Of a stretch of 64,000 nt of DNA, positions 1 to 14,092 are shown piece after piece. This DNA comes from Octopus vulgaris (Eukaryota). Positions within the stretch are counted from its first letter, which is position 1; each line of letters starts with the position of its first letter. The position numbers and the translations under genes are program-made. The stretch is taken from contig OX597836.1 of NCBI GenBank assembly GCA_951406725.2, forward strand, positions 620,001-684,000, read 5' to 3'. The notes below the pieces were generated by a model, which worked only from the letters and a program-made list of their open reading frames with translations, had not been told where the DNA came from and ran no database searches.

Positions 1-319
1 GGCCCACCATATTTGTATGGAAGGAGTACGGCTGATTTAATCAACCATAAAACATGTCTGGTTCTTCTTTCATCATCATCTTATTCTTTTCAATGGAATG
101 CAGCAACATCTTGAAAGTTAAAGAAGTGAGAAAAACAAGACTTTGTGATGTTCATGTTTTGTCCTCAAGAACACTAGTTAAAAATGTGAAAGTTGTGAAA
201 CCAGGACTCAGCCAGACAAGATTTTGCCTTCTACTCTGCTTCAATTACTACCACAACCGCCACCACCACTACCAATAATAATAACGATAATAATAATAAT
301 AATCAATAATAATAACAAT

Positions 320-619
320 AATGGTTTCAAATTTTGACACAAGACCAGGGAGGGATTAAGTTGTTGCATTGATCCCAGTACTCAACTGCTACTTATTTTA
401 TCCTTTCCTACTCTAGGCACAAGGCACAAAATTTGGGGGGAAGGGGCCAGTCAATTAGATCGACCCAGTATGCAACTGGTACTTATTTTATTGATCTTGA
501 AAGGATGAAAGGCAAAGTCAAACAGGGCGGAATTTGAACTCAGAATGTAAGGATGGACAAAATGCTGCTAAGCATTTTACCTGGCTTGCTAACAGTTCTG
601 CCAGCTTGCTGCTCTGATA

Positions 620-672
<53 letters not shown>

Positions 673-676
673 GATA

Positions 677-738
<62 letters not shown>

Positions 739-742
739 GATA

Positions 743-794
<52 letters not shown>

Positions 795-1365
795 TAATAA
801 TAATAATAATAATCCTTTCTACTATAGGCACAGGTCTGAAATTTGAGGGAGGGGGTGGTCAGTTACATTGATCCTAGTACTTAACTAGGATTTACCCCAA
901 AAGGACAAAAAGCAAAGTCAATCTTGGCAGAATTTGAACTCTGAATGTGAAGGCAGATGAAATATTGCTAAGCATTTTGCCTGGCATGCAAACAATTCTC
1001 CCAGCTCACCTGAATAATAGTAAAAACAGTTTTTTAATTAGGCTCCTAAAACAGTCATTTTAAAGGGAGAAGTTAGACAATTACTTCAATCTTCCTCAGT
1101 ACTTGACTAGTTACTTTATTTTTAGCAACCCCCAAATAGATGAAAGATAAAGTTAACCTTGGTGGGATTTGAACTCACACTGTAAAGAGCCAGAAGAAAT
1201 GCTACTGGGTATTTTATTTGATGTACTAATGATTCTGCCAGCTCATCAACTCTGAAAGGATGAGAGGTAAGGTTAATCTGAGCAGGATTTGAACACAGAA
1301 TATTCAGAACCAGAAGAAATGCTGCTAAGCAATTGGCCTGATATCCAAAAGATTCTGCCAATAAT
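320..1365 (-). mobile_element. Head-to-tail array of tRNA-derived SINEs (Meta-domain type) separated by (AAT)n tails
   Basis: Repeated ctggtactt..ttatt..gaaaggatgaaaggcaaagt..gaatttgaactcagaa..ttctgccagctc; the reverse complement has an A box, a GAGTTCAAAT B box and a gcctttcatcctttc core. Confidence 0.85.
616..813. repeat. (AAT/GAT)n microsatellite, representative of many trinucleotide tracts (also 2755-2910, 3150-3315, 5209-5280)
   Basis: Direct reading; source of the poly-N/poly-I ORFs. Confidence 0.98.
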
Positions 1366-2288
1366 CGAACAGCAAAACAATTTTAAGAAAAAATATTTGA
1401 AAATGTAGAGTACATTTAGCTAGATAAGTTTCTAAAAATATTAATGGAAACCCAACAAAATTATGAGAATGAATATCTGGTAATAATTTTCTGTTTTTGT
1501 ATGTTATATATATTTCTTTATTTTCCAACGGTTTAAATTTTTAGGACATCATTTTTGAGATGTCAAAATGAAAAACAGAACTTGCTGGCTGCTTTAGGGA
1601 TTCTCTTTAAGTAGCAAACAAAATATAATGACTTCATATAAAGTAATAAAGAGCACTGGAAAACAGAGTGGACATAGAGAAGGGTGTATGTGTTTTATAT
1701 ATATATATATACACACACTCACACATACATATGTGCACTCATATTCATCCAAGTTATCCTTATTATTAGGCAGAAATTTCCACAAGCCTATGTGAGCTGT
1801 ACATTCCAGAAAAATGCAGTTGGTTAAAAGGATAGGTTATATATTGAAGGGAGACCAGGTCATGCCATACTGTCCTGGCCAATCCCGCCTAGTTGTCATG
1901 AGTTATTACTGCATAAGCAGTAAAAGTACTGAGCAGAGCATTGATAAAAAAAGAGTCCTAGTCCTAGTCATGACCTTTGTGTCTTTTTTGTCTTACATAA
2001 ATCTAATGTATTCTTTCATTTTTTTTATGGTAAGGTGTAATTTGATGAAGATTAAGCTGTTTCTAGCAGAGCAAGCAACTATACAGAAGCTGCCTTTATT
2101 ACACTGCAGTACAGAGTAAAATTCCTCTCACAAGGTATGAGGTCAGTGATAAATATATATATATATATATGAAAGGTTTGATAAGTGCCAACACACAAAA
2201 CCCTTTGCCTTTTTGTCACTCTGTTGCTTCTGCTATATATATATATATATATATATATACGAGAAAGAAGCAACAAGAATGGATTAGT

Positions 2289-2379
2289 TTTTAGTACAAT
2301 TGTTTCATACAAAGACAGGCTTTATTACAAGTTGCAAAAATTGCAGCAGATAAAAGTGTCCCGTACTCATCAGCTAAAA
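2289..2379 (-). ncRNA. Type I hammerhead ribozyme motif, canonical core, long helix II, palindromic minimal helix III
   Basis: Minus strand: UUUUAG-CUGAUGA-GUACGGGACA...UGUCUUUGUAU-GAAA-C-AAUU-GUA^CUAAAA. Helix I is a perfect 6 bp and ACAAUUGU is self-complementary. Predicted cleavage between 2295 and 2294. Confidence 0.85.
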
Positions 2380-2754
2380 TACATATGAGTTCTCTAGACA
2401 TCTTAGTGGGTGAGGTTATACTCATGAAATATTGGAGATAATTCCATTAAAGGCAGATATAGGTTGTAAACAGCTTTCCAAAGTTCCTTAATGATGATGC
2501 ACAGTCTTATCACAGATTTTTAAAAACTTATTAGTTTCGAAGAGAAGATGAATTAATCCATGAATTAATCCATATATATATATATATATATATATAGTAG
2601 CATTGAATGTTGAAGTAGCAGAGGTAGTCATGGTAACAACATGAACAAGAGCAACAACAATAGCTACACTCATAGTATAAATAATAATCATTATAATTCC
2701 TATTCATGGTAATAATATAGTAATAATACTACCATTAGTAGTAAGTCTAATAGT

Positions 2755-2796
<42 letters not shown>

Positions 2797-3169
2797 GCTG
2801 TGGCAGCAGTTACAACAGTGTGGTGTAGTAGTAGTGGTGATGGTGCTAGTGGCAATAGTGCTAGTAGTAGTAGTAGTAATTGTAGTAGTAGTAGTAGTAG
2901 TAGTAATAGTAATAAATCTATGCATTAAATTCAATGATGAATTTATTTAAATTACTTTCCTTCATTGCTGTTTTTGATTTGATTTTCTTCCTGTTTATGT
3001 TTTTTTTTTTCTGCTGGGTATGGGCTGGTTTAATGTTCTGCTTAAATATGTTCTATGATACTTGTAGAAGAATATGAACATAGGAGTTATGATCCAGGAG
3101 AGGAGACAGGGCCTACTCTCACCATCTACACTAATCTATTTACTTCTCTATGATGATGATGATGATGAC

Positions 3170-3201
<32 letters not shown>

Positions 3202-3212
3202 TAATAATAATG

Positions 3213-3245
<33 letters not shown>

Positions 3246-3263
3246 TCTTTTATTATATTATTA

Positions 3264-3319
<56 letters not shown>

Positions 3320-3525
3320 TGGCTTAAAATCTGGGCTCAAGGCCAGCAATTTTAGGGAGGGGAAAGTTGATATAATCAACCTCAATGTTCAACTGGTACT
3401 TATTTTACCAACCCTGAAAGTATGAAAGGTAAAGTTAACCTCAGCAGAATTTGAACTCAGAATGCACAGACAGACGAAATGCCACTATCTTGTCCAGCAT
3501 GCTAACGATCCTGCCAGCTCATAAT

Positions 3526-3570
<45 letters not shown>

Positions 3571-5065
3571 CCTTTCTATTCTAGGTAAAAAGTCTGAAAT
3601 TTCTGTATCGTGTGGGGGAGCTAATTGCTGACATGTACCATAGTGTCCAAATGATCCTTACTTTGTTAACCCTGAAAGGATGAAAGGCAGGCTTTGAACT
3701 CAGAAGATAAAAAGCCAGAAGAAATGCCTGTTGTGCTCCCCATTATGATAAAAATGATAATTTTGGTACAAGGCTTGCAATTTTGAAGGGAGGGGACAAA
3801 TTGAAAACAGTGACACTGTTTCTTGACTGGTACCATATATTTTTTTGTCCTTTTATCCAAAAAACAATGTCAACCCTTGTGAGATTTGAACTCAGAAGGT
3901 TAAGAGCTAGAAATATGCCACTAAACATTTTGTCAAATGCACTAATGATTCTGCCATCTGAATAATAATAATAATAATAATAATGATAATAATAACAAGG
4001 GTTTCTGATTTTGGCACAGGGCCAGCAAATTTGAGGGGAGGGATTTAATAGATTACATTGTAGCAAGGGCCATAAGGACTAAAAGGAATAGGGCAGAGTT
4101 ATGCTTCCTCATTCTGTTGTCACTAGGTGGCGCTGCAATGGCACTTCTGCTAGGGAGGTATAAAAACCCTAGAGGGACAACGAATCTTTCTCTTGTTTGC
4201 TGCTGCCCCTTCTAGGCAGGGCTGCTTGTCAACAAACCCAGCCAGTGGGGACAACCAGCTGCTTCGCCTTTGGCCATTACTGATGCTGCATTATGTTGCA
4301 GGCACATTTCTTACTCTCTAATGTTTCAGCTTCAATCACATCAGATGTAACTATGTTCGTACAACTCTTGTTTGTTCACATTCACTTTTCTATGAACACT
4401 GTTATAAAAACTTGGCTGTTTAACTTCAACTTGATGTTGTTTGTCACACCACTACATGCACCTTAACACAAACAGGGACACAGGATTCATGTTGACTCTT
4501 CACTAAAACATCAATCCCCAGTACTCAACTGGTACTTTATTTATCAAAAAGTTGAAACGCATGGTCAACCTTGATTGGATACAAATTCAGAATCAAAGGG
4601 TCATAACTAAACAGAACTAAGCATTTGTTCAATGCTTGGATGGTTTTGCCAATCCACTTCTTTTATAGACCACAAGGACCTGGATTACTTTTGAGGCATA
4701 AAATCATGCTATTTCAGGGATTAGGTACTATCAATTTAGTTAACCCTTATACTTCCTTGGAACTACATCTTTTATTAACTTCAGAGAGGACAAAAGTCAA
4801 GGTTCACCTTGGGTGGATTGGTTCTCTGAATGTTAAGAGATTTAACTAAATACCATTCAGCCAGTCAGCATTGAGGTTGACCATCTACTGCTTCCATCAC
4901 ATCACCAGCATTAATAAGAATAATATCTAAGAGAGACACAAGGTCACACACTTTTCAAGATAGAATACAGTTGATTAAATTTGCTCTGTACCAGACTGCT
5001 ACTTTGATTTATTGATCCTAGAAAGATGAAAGGGAAAGCCAACACTTGTGAAATTCAAACTCAAA
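3320..5065 (-). mobile_element. Second head-to-tail array of the same SINE family (about 6 copies, one interrupted by the LTR)
   Basis: Same consensus as 320-1365. Further decayed minus copies at about 8940-9280, 16560-16900, 28180-28600 and 42880-43030. Confidence 0.8.
4059..4456 (+). mobile_element. Probable solo LTR inserted into a SINE
   Basis: Begins TGTAG and ends CTACA (5-bp terminal inverted repeat), 398 bp, with a TATAAAAA box near 4159. The SINE to the left (...atagattacat) resumes at about 4509 (catcaatccccagtactc). TSD is ambiguous. Confidence 0.6.
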
Positions 5066-5207
5066 ATATTTATCTTAATATTAGATCATGTAAGAGGTGG
5101 GGGTAGAAACAAAGAAAAAACAATAATTATCTTTTAAATTGCACAAGGTAAAAAAAAGGAAATATATATTTTTAAAGTAACTGTTGTATTATTAAAATCA
5201 TCATCAC

Positions 5208-5282
<75 letters not shown>

Positions 5283-6839
5283 ACAGAACATCTTTGCCGG
5301 GGGATGTAATAGGTGTTGTCAACCTTCAACAACCAGTGGACTAAAGCAAGGCTCTTCATTCAGATTTCAATAACTTTGTTAACAATTTATGTGGTTCCAA
5401 GCAATGCAAATTTTCTATATTTGCTCTGCTTTCACATTTACTCCTATCATTTCGATTTGGTTTGTTTGTGAGCTTCATACTTTCTAGGGTTCAACAACAA
5501 GAAATACAGTTCTCTCCTTCAATGGCCAAAATCTTTTCATTTCTCACTTTAAATTATATTTTATTATTATTATTATTATTGTCATCATCGTCATCATCAT
5601 AATTATAATTATTCCACTTTCTATGTCATCTTCTAAAAATATATATTTAAAATATAAGATTTGGTGGGGGAGAGGGTAGGTCACCATTTTCCCAATTTCA
5701 GTTGTTGGGCTGCTCTGGCAAATAAGCTTACTGGTATAGAAACTTTATGGAACAACGTTAAAAAGCCAATAATGAGTTTCAATAATGCTGACCATATTGT
5801 TTCTTCAGGTGGACTGAAAAATAACAAGAGAAAATAGATGTATAAAATCCATACTGAATGAATATTATTGGGTGGGGGTGTGTTGAGTTTTTGTGTTTTG
5901 ATTCTTATTACTTTTTTGTTAACTTTTATTAATGAAGTAGTAAATTATTTTGTAATTAGTAAAACACATACACATATACACAAACAATGCAAAATCATAC
6001 ATTTACATATATATGTTGAAATATTTTTAATACACACTCATACACGTTACAACTGAAAGTCTAGAAATATCCCATGCCCTAAGTTTCACATTCCTGCTCT
6101 TTCAGTTGGTAATCTGAGCTTGTTTTCTCTCGACTTATTGATGTTTCAATAAATTTTTGAATATTGAACAGAGGCTATCAGAAAAACTTTGGATAATTAA
6201 AGAGAAAAATGGATCAGACTACAAGCTGAAAGAGTAGAAATGTAAAATTCAGAGCTCTGGCAATTTAGAGCCTTTCACTTTTAATGTATTACTGAATACT
6301 TTATATGTTTGCATTGAGTTCTATAAGTAATCACTTCTAGGTAAATGAACAGAAATGTTTAAATAACAAAAATGTGATGCTAACTTTCTAGAACACCAAC
6401 ATGATAAAATGAAATGTATCATTGAAGGAACAATGCAAAGGATATGAAAACAACATATGGTTTTGTGTTATTTTTAAGCTAGTTCCCAAGGAAGATCCTA
6501 TATAGCACAAGCTCCACCATATTCTCAAACACCAACAATAGGAAATTTATCCGAGAGAAAATACCTTAGGGAAAAGTTCTGCATACCAATTACACATAGA
6601 AAAGAATCTCACATTTTAACATGAGTTGAAAAATTATGATTTTTTAATTGAAATTATTAGTTCAGTTAGTACACAAATCATCCAGATAAGGGAGTTATGG
6701 CTGATAAATTAAATAGTTGTAATTGTTCAAAAATAAAGCTGATTCAGATGAGAGTGGATTTTGTTTTTAAAATCAACAGGTGAAAGTAGCAGACAGATTT
6801 CCTCAGCAAAGCATATTCTGTTCATTTTGGAAGAATTAT

Positions 6840-6896
<57 letters not shown>

Positions 6897-6993
6897 ACAG
6901 ACTAAGGAAAGAAATTCCTTCAAAGGAGTGTGTAAAACATCATATACTATGAATATAATATAATATGAGATAACATTAAAAAAATCATTAAAA

Positions 6994-7089
6994 AACCAAA
7001 AAAGCCAACAATTTGTTTTGACTTATATACATTATTTGATTTATAAACAATTCATATCCATGTATATAAGTCTCTTCAAGGTTTTGGTT
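6994..7089 (-). ncRNA. Decayed hammerhead motif (C3U, G12A)
   Basis: Minus strand: AACCAAAACC-UUGAAGA-GACUUAUAUACAU...AUGUAUAUAAGUC-AAAA-CAAAUUGUU-GGCUUUUUUGGUU. Helix II is a perfect 13 bp. Adjacent to (TA)n at 6844-6890. Confidence 0.55.
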
Positions 7090-7948
7090 CAAAAGACAGA
7101 CAAAATTCCATGTGAAAAGACGGCCAGATTGCAAAAAAAAAATTGATTCAAATACTAATCTTTAGGAGTGTGAGTGTTAAGTACAATTAAAAAAAAAATA
7201 TAATGGACAAAATAATTAAGTAAATCTACAACTATTGAAATATATTTGTATATATCTCAAATACTATAAATCCATATTTATTTAGTTTGAAGATAATCTT
7301 TGGCTATTTTAATAGCAAACAACAATAATATTATATATGTATATAAATGAATTAAGTGTCAGGGTCTTACTTAATCTAGAGATGGTAATAAACCATGTAA
7401 ATAAATACTTATTCTCTAAATGTGCTGATGCATATTCGAAAAAAAAAACCTACTTCTAGTATTACAGCTAATGATTTATTTATATGCAATACTTTGCATT
7501 TTTTTATAATTACACAAAAAAAATTACATAAATGATAATATAGTATTATATTAATATAATGAGTCTTCTCTTTTATTTAAAGTTATTGATATAGAGTAAC
7601 TAACAAATGTTCTATATTCAAGTAGTTTATCAGAGGAAGAATTCTGTAAAAAATATGAGCAAAGACTTAGAACTCTGATAACTACAACCCACATTATCCC
7701 ATAGATATAGTAATGGATATCAAAATATTACTAAGTTTTTTTAGAAGTAGCCAAATTTGAAGTTACTTAAATAAGGATTATTCACAGTAACTAACAAGTA
7801 AATGTCGTTATTTACATATATCATGAAAGGAAGAACTCGGGAAATAAAATAAAATAAGATAAACAAAAGCATAAGGATTGAGTATCGATCCATGATAAAT
7901 ATAATCAATATTATTTTTTAGATAAAGGACTATAAATAGTATATAACC

Positions 7949-8003
<55 letters not shown>

Positions 8004-9530
8004 CATACACACATGCACCTATATAAACACAAGAAGGAAGAGAGAAAGAATTTTTTTCAGTTAATTGAAGACTTTCAACTCATCATATAACATATGTAAG
8101 ACCCTACAAGATTTGTATTTAATACGAAGAAAGCCTCTCAGAGATTCTCCACCCAACCAACCAGCCATATTGTTGAAAGTCTTAATCTGTGTCACTGTAT
8201 TCTCTCCATTTTTATATCTATGCTGATCACTTCTAAGTTTTGTTATCTGAGTAGAATTTTTTTCTCTGAGGAAATGTAATATTACAGAAATAAGTTTGTT
8301 GCATCTACCATTTGGCTTTAAAGACAAGCGCCTCTCCAATTTGCATTGTCTTTATTTAAAAAAAATTTTGACAAGCTGACCCCATTGAATTCAAATACTG
8401 AATGTTATCTGAGGTAATTTTAAAAAGATGTTTGCAACCTCTCGACAAATTATTTCTATTAGAAGCTGATGAAAGTGTAGTAATCTAAGCTTAATTGATA
8501 TATGTTAAGTTGATTCCACAAGAGCTCTATGTATATTTTACATAAGCACACACAAACACATACACACATGTACATACGTGCACACACACACACACACACA
8601 CACTTTAATTCAATGAAATGCAATATTACCTTTAGCAGCAGAACTTAGAACATGAGGGTGTTAATAAAAGTAGAAACTAACTAAAGGTAATTTAGTTTAT
8701 AGAATCGATACCTGACATTGGTACAATGCTACACACTTGTTGAAAGGAAAAACAGTTGAAAAGAATTCTAGTACAATACTGGTACATAATGTATAAACTT
8801 CTCGGATGAATGAGGGATAAAAAGCAAAAACCTCTGGTGGGTTTGAAACACAAGACATAAAAAGGGTGTAATAAAATGGTATAAAGTAATAATCTAGTTC
8901 TTTAACATTTCTGCTGATCATTACCTCCATTAATTTTATAATAATTCCTAACAGAGGGAAAAGGCCACAGATTTGAAGGTGAAGTTCAGTCAGTTAAACT
9001 AGCTCTAGTACTAAACTGGTTGTTATTTAATCAACCCAGTAATGATTAAAAATAAAGTTTACCTTGGCAAGAATTGAAATCAGGACATAAGAGAATGCAG
9101 TTAATTACCACATGACATTTATTCAATGCTCAACCAACTCTGCCATCTGCAGGACTTATTTTGTAATAATGATTTTGAATATTTGCACAAAGCCACAAGT
9201 TTGAGCTGAACAAATTCACTCCAGTATTTGACTGGTACTATTTTTTGGATCCAAGAAAATTAAAGGTAAATTCAACAATGTCACAATTTCACAATTTGCA
9301 TGATAATCTATTTTCCATTATTAAATAAGCACACTTTAAAGATGAAATGTAAGCAAGAAAGAAAGGCCAAAATGAAAAATAAGAAATAATTGTTAATAGA
9401 GATTTAAAAAAACTACAACAAAAATCATAAGTAAAATATAAATTAAGAGAAAACAAGAAAATTAATTATAAGAAAGTAAATTTTAAAAAACGAATTGAAA
9501 AAAAAAATCAACAGGCTGCACTGTTGTTAC

Positions 9531-9593
9531 CTGTAAATCTTGTTTAGCTGCCTCTGCTTCAACTCTTGAATTAAAGGTGACAAACCCCACAGG
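9531..9593 (-). CDS. cpo: Coding exon C (63 bp, phase 0/0): PVGFVTFNSRVEAEAAKQDLQ
   Basis: Minus strand reads ttctcctcctttag|CCTGTGGGG...GATTTACAG|gtaaca. It contains RNP1 (PVGFVTF) and alpha2. Intron B-C is 5,941 bp. I did not find the expected next exon (GVRFDP...LRLEFAK) in 1-9530, so it probably lies left of the window. Confidence 0.96.
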
Positions 9594-10689
9594 CTAAAGG
9601 AGGAGAAGAGAAAAAAAAAACACAAAAAGAAAAAACAGAATATAAATGAGTTTAAAAAATAAATAACATTAAAAAAATTATTTTGATAAAAATAATTTAA
9701 TCGGAAATTGTGAGGTGTTGTTTAAAATTAACAAATACTATGCTTGAAGATATTAATCACTTTTCACCATCCATACTGATTTAATAAGTTGTGATTACTT
9801 AGAGAACATTGGAGAATATATACCCACTCAAATGTCTTTTTACTCAAAATCTATAGACATTAAAATAAAGTCATGTACTACAGCTATTTTGACAAGTATC
9901 AGAAGCTGATATAATCTTGTCATAACCATTCTATCAATGAAACAATAAGGCAGTATGGAAATAATGGTTGTATCATCAAATCTGATTTTGGGTTTTATCT
10001 CATCTAACTTCAAGCACTTCACTTGTATCATTGAATTTCTGGCTGCATTTTCTTACAAAAGTATGATACATAGATACATGTTAAATTTGAAAATATAATG
10101 TCATGATATTCATGCCTTTCCCACAAGTATTAAAAATCATGATAAAAGTTGCTTAACTCTAACACAATTCCTTACATTTTCCAGTATAATGACAGTTGAT
10201 TGAATACTTATTTCTTTTAACTTGATTAAAAGGTAATTTCTGGAATTTGCTTTATCACAACAATTTATTCAATTTAAAGGTTATCAATTACTGATCCAAA
10301 ATTAACAAGATAGCTTAGTAAGACAAATTTGACAGGCCAACAGATTTTCAGTGTAGTCAGAAATTTAAGTTATTTATATGCTAAAGTTTTCAAGTATTTC
10401 TAAGCAACTATTAAGCTTGACCTTAATCCTAACAAGCTCAAACATTTATTCTTAAATAATGGACACAAAGCAGTAAACATCATACAAGATTGTACAACTT
10501 TTGATAATGATATAAAGGTGGTAGAAGTTTATGTGAAGATACATAATTAAATATAGAGATGAATTTCTATAGAAATTTAATTGTAGTAGCTAAAGACTAA
10601 AGGTTTATATTTTAAGGCTAAAATAGCTGAATAAAATGAATTATCATTTATAAAATATCCTTTTATATGTAGAATATGTTTGAGTATTA

Positions 10690-12700
10690 TCAGAACTTGA
10701 TTAATAAAAATAAACAAAAAATCTTTAACATTAAATAGTGCTCTTCATCAATCTGGATCTTTGAAAGTAAATCTAAAGCAGAATTAAACCAATTACATGT
10801 TGCTTCAATGGGACCCTCTGGCATTAAATGAGACAAATGTAAATGGAAAATTAGGGCAATCTGCCACAGTAAATCCTTAAATTTGTAGAATGTGCTCTTC
10901 CTGAGGCAACTCAGAGATCCATTTTTGTACTTCATGCCCAGGTAAAAATTGCCATTTGTTCAAATTGTAAAACAGTACGCACTGGGATATTGTCTGCTAT
11001 TCTGGTACTTGTAACTCTTCTTCCGTACAGTCTAAAGTATTGTCATATGCTGTCCAATCTAAATATTTCTCAGGCAATTGTATGCTTTGTTTTGGGGTCC
11101 CTTAGACTTTCTATGGTAAAGGTAAAGTAACTGAAACTCTCATAAATACAAGCTCATCAGAAAATTTCATCTCTCAAAAATTAATCAACTCAACTTGGAA
11201 ATATATCATAAAGCATATTCTGTGGGATAATTCCTAATTAACAAAATAATTTAATAGATTTTGTATGGCTAAAGTACCTATAAAAGATAAATTATATAAA
11301 AGCATAACATTTTCCATAACTTTGTGCAGATGGGATTCTCATTTATATCTGTTTTGAAATTACATAAAGAATTCGTAATTACTTATGGATCAGAGCTCTT
11401 TTTTTAATTTGTGATCCAGTTCAACTACAATGAGCCAGAAAACCTGCTAAATGTTTTCGAAACTTCATGTTAAACTGCAAACCTGTTTCAACTAGACCTG
11501 GCCTATGCACTGTGGAAGATAGACTTTATAGATTCAGGAATTTCAAACCTTTTAAGAGTGGGGTATTATAGAAACCAAATACTTCACTAAGGCATTTCAG
11601 ATTTTATTTGCTGCTGGCAATTGCTGTAGGAGAAGGCTTGGAGTAGATTTTTCTCTATCCCTTGTTATCTAGTTCTCTACATTGATGTTCTTATAAATGT
11701 TATAGCCAAACATGAGTATTATAGCAAAAATGATCAAGTAGTACTTATGAGGTTGGTATAATAACTGTGGAAAGACCATACACATTTTTTAAAGTACCTG
11801 GAAAGGAGTTTGTATCAGGTTTTTGAGTTTAAATGGTATATCAGTGTTTCATCAAGTCGTTAAGGAATTTATCAAGTAATCTTAAAGATACCTACACATA
11901 TTTGGATAATCTTTTAAGTTTGTGATGAAACAAAACAGAACATGATACCGACACTTTGAATTGCTTTCAAAACTGACACAATGACCTAGCCTTGAACAAA
12001 AATAATGAGAATATAATCTGATATCTATTAATTTCTTAAGCTATTTAATTTCACATTGTGAATTATATCCTAATCCAAAACCATTTAACCTCTTGAAGAG
12101 CTATCTATGCTATAAAATGCAAAGTATTATATCAGAAGCCAGGGTATTTCATAAACTACATCAACGGTCTTTTCCTATTTCTAAGTCTTTAGTCACATCA
12201 AATTTTTACTTTTCTCTGAGAGCACTATAAAAAGTATCAGTTTTGTCAAAAATGATATTAAATGGGTGGCAATTATTGATGGTGATTGCCTTGAACTTTA
12301 GGTCTTTAAATAATTCTGAAAGGAAATTGCTTTCACCACATTAACAAAAGTTAAGTCTATGTAGCCTGCAAGCCATGAGAAATTAAAGCATTTCATCATA
12401 AAATTAGTGTCAAATGAAAACCAATGATGTTTTCCCTATAAAGCTGCTTGTTTACTTGTACCTTTGTCAATAGGCCTTAAAAGCATCTCCTTCATTCCAC
12501 TAATTCTACAAATGAATTTTCTCATTTTCTGTTCCCCTGTCATTGCTGTGATACAAGTGTTTCTATTAGAAAGGGCCTAACTTATCTCTCCTATTTTTGG
12601 AATTCCTCTGTTTATTCCTTTACATGGTGGCTCCTCTGCATCAACTAAGTTGCAACAATTCTTATACAGCCATGTAATTTCTACAAGGTGTACAAAGATA
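10690..12700 (-). mobile_element. Possible very old non-LTR retrotransposon relic
   Basis: Non-microsatellite, coding-like composition with fragments such as LSEVFG-SI and KYLD on minus in RT-like order; heavily decayed and family uncertain. Confidence 0.25.
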
Positions 12701-13709
12701 TATAATCTCTTAAGGAAATTGTAGTGCAGAACCATAAACAGTCAACCCTTGAAAATAAAAAGAAATAAATATTTCATTATGGGAGACCATGTTTTTTGGG
12801 TACTCTACATGATTTATGACCATTGTGTTGTACTACAGCTTCATGAGACATCTTATGAAAGGCTCTTTGAATTTTGTAGGAAGACTCCTAACGAATCAAT
12901 TTTTAACAACTTGACTCTCTGAATCTGGTACAGTTTATCTCTGTATTGTGTATGTAATTCAAGATTTGACTCCAGAGGCTAATCTCAATCACATTCATAT
13001 CATAGTATAGAAGAAATGGTTTCTTCTCAAGATCTTGTTCACTGCAGACACAATAAATATCAACCGATGCCAGTTATTCATGAGGTATAACCAGTCCAAA
13101 TTAAGATGGTAAATAATCAGCTGTAGTCCAAGAAAATCAAATAACAAATCCAAACCACTTTTATTCTACTCATCTGCCCATGCCCTAACAAAAATCTCTA
13201 ACTCAGAATGTGTAGCCTTTCAGAGATCAACAAGAGTTTGTAAATTGGTTGAGTATTTAAATTCATAAATTGTACTTTTAAAAAGTTGTAATTAGAATTT
13301 TTTGATTAGTTGACTTACGTCACTTATGATTAATAACCAATTTGAACTTTGAAATGGAAATATTTAATAATATTTAGTGTAAGAGTAAACAAATAAGTTT
13401 AATATTTTAATATAGTAGATAAAGAAAAATGCATTATATATATTTTGATATACATACACAGGCAGTAAGAATTTAATAAAAAGGGGGAAATATGAAAAAA
13501 ACTGCCTTACAATAAAACTGTTACATCACTTCTAGCATCATGCCAGCTAATGTAGCTAAAGCCATTTGTCTCTCTTAAATTGATTGAGAACAATATCTGG
13601 GATTATTTCTATCATATCATTAGTAAAATAAATTGAAGCAGTATCAAATAGGAATTGTAATGGTCGAACAAACTTACAATGTTTGTATTGTTGTAACCCA
13701 ATGTTAACA

Positions 13710-13767
<58 letters not shown>

Positions 13768-14033
13768 ACATATATACACTCATATATGTATGTGTATTTG
13801 TGTGTGTGTGTGTATAACTGTATGTATGCCTACATATTTAAAAATTATACACACACACACACACACATATACATACATACATACACACATACACAACTTT
13901 TCTGCTTTATATTTTTTAATTGGAAAATAAAATTAGTAAAGAAATTGAAAAATATTAAAATTAAAAGAAATAATATAGAATATCAATATAATTAAAGGAA
14001 AATTTATAATCTGGTTACCAGACATTAATTCCT

Positions 14034-14092
<59 letters not shown>

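Noticed and set aside
5280-5345. Possible alternative terminal exon after exon C
   Set aside because: Candidate acceptors give an immediate stop or a short unrecognisable peptide; no supporting signal.
8061-8339. 92-aa minus-strand ORF as the next cpo exon
   Set aside because: No GVRFDP/LRLEFAK similarity in the frames I read; no recognisable domain.
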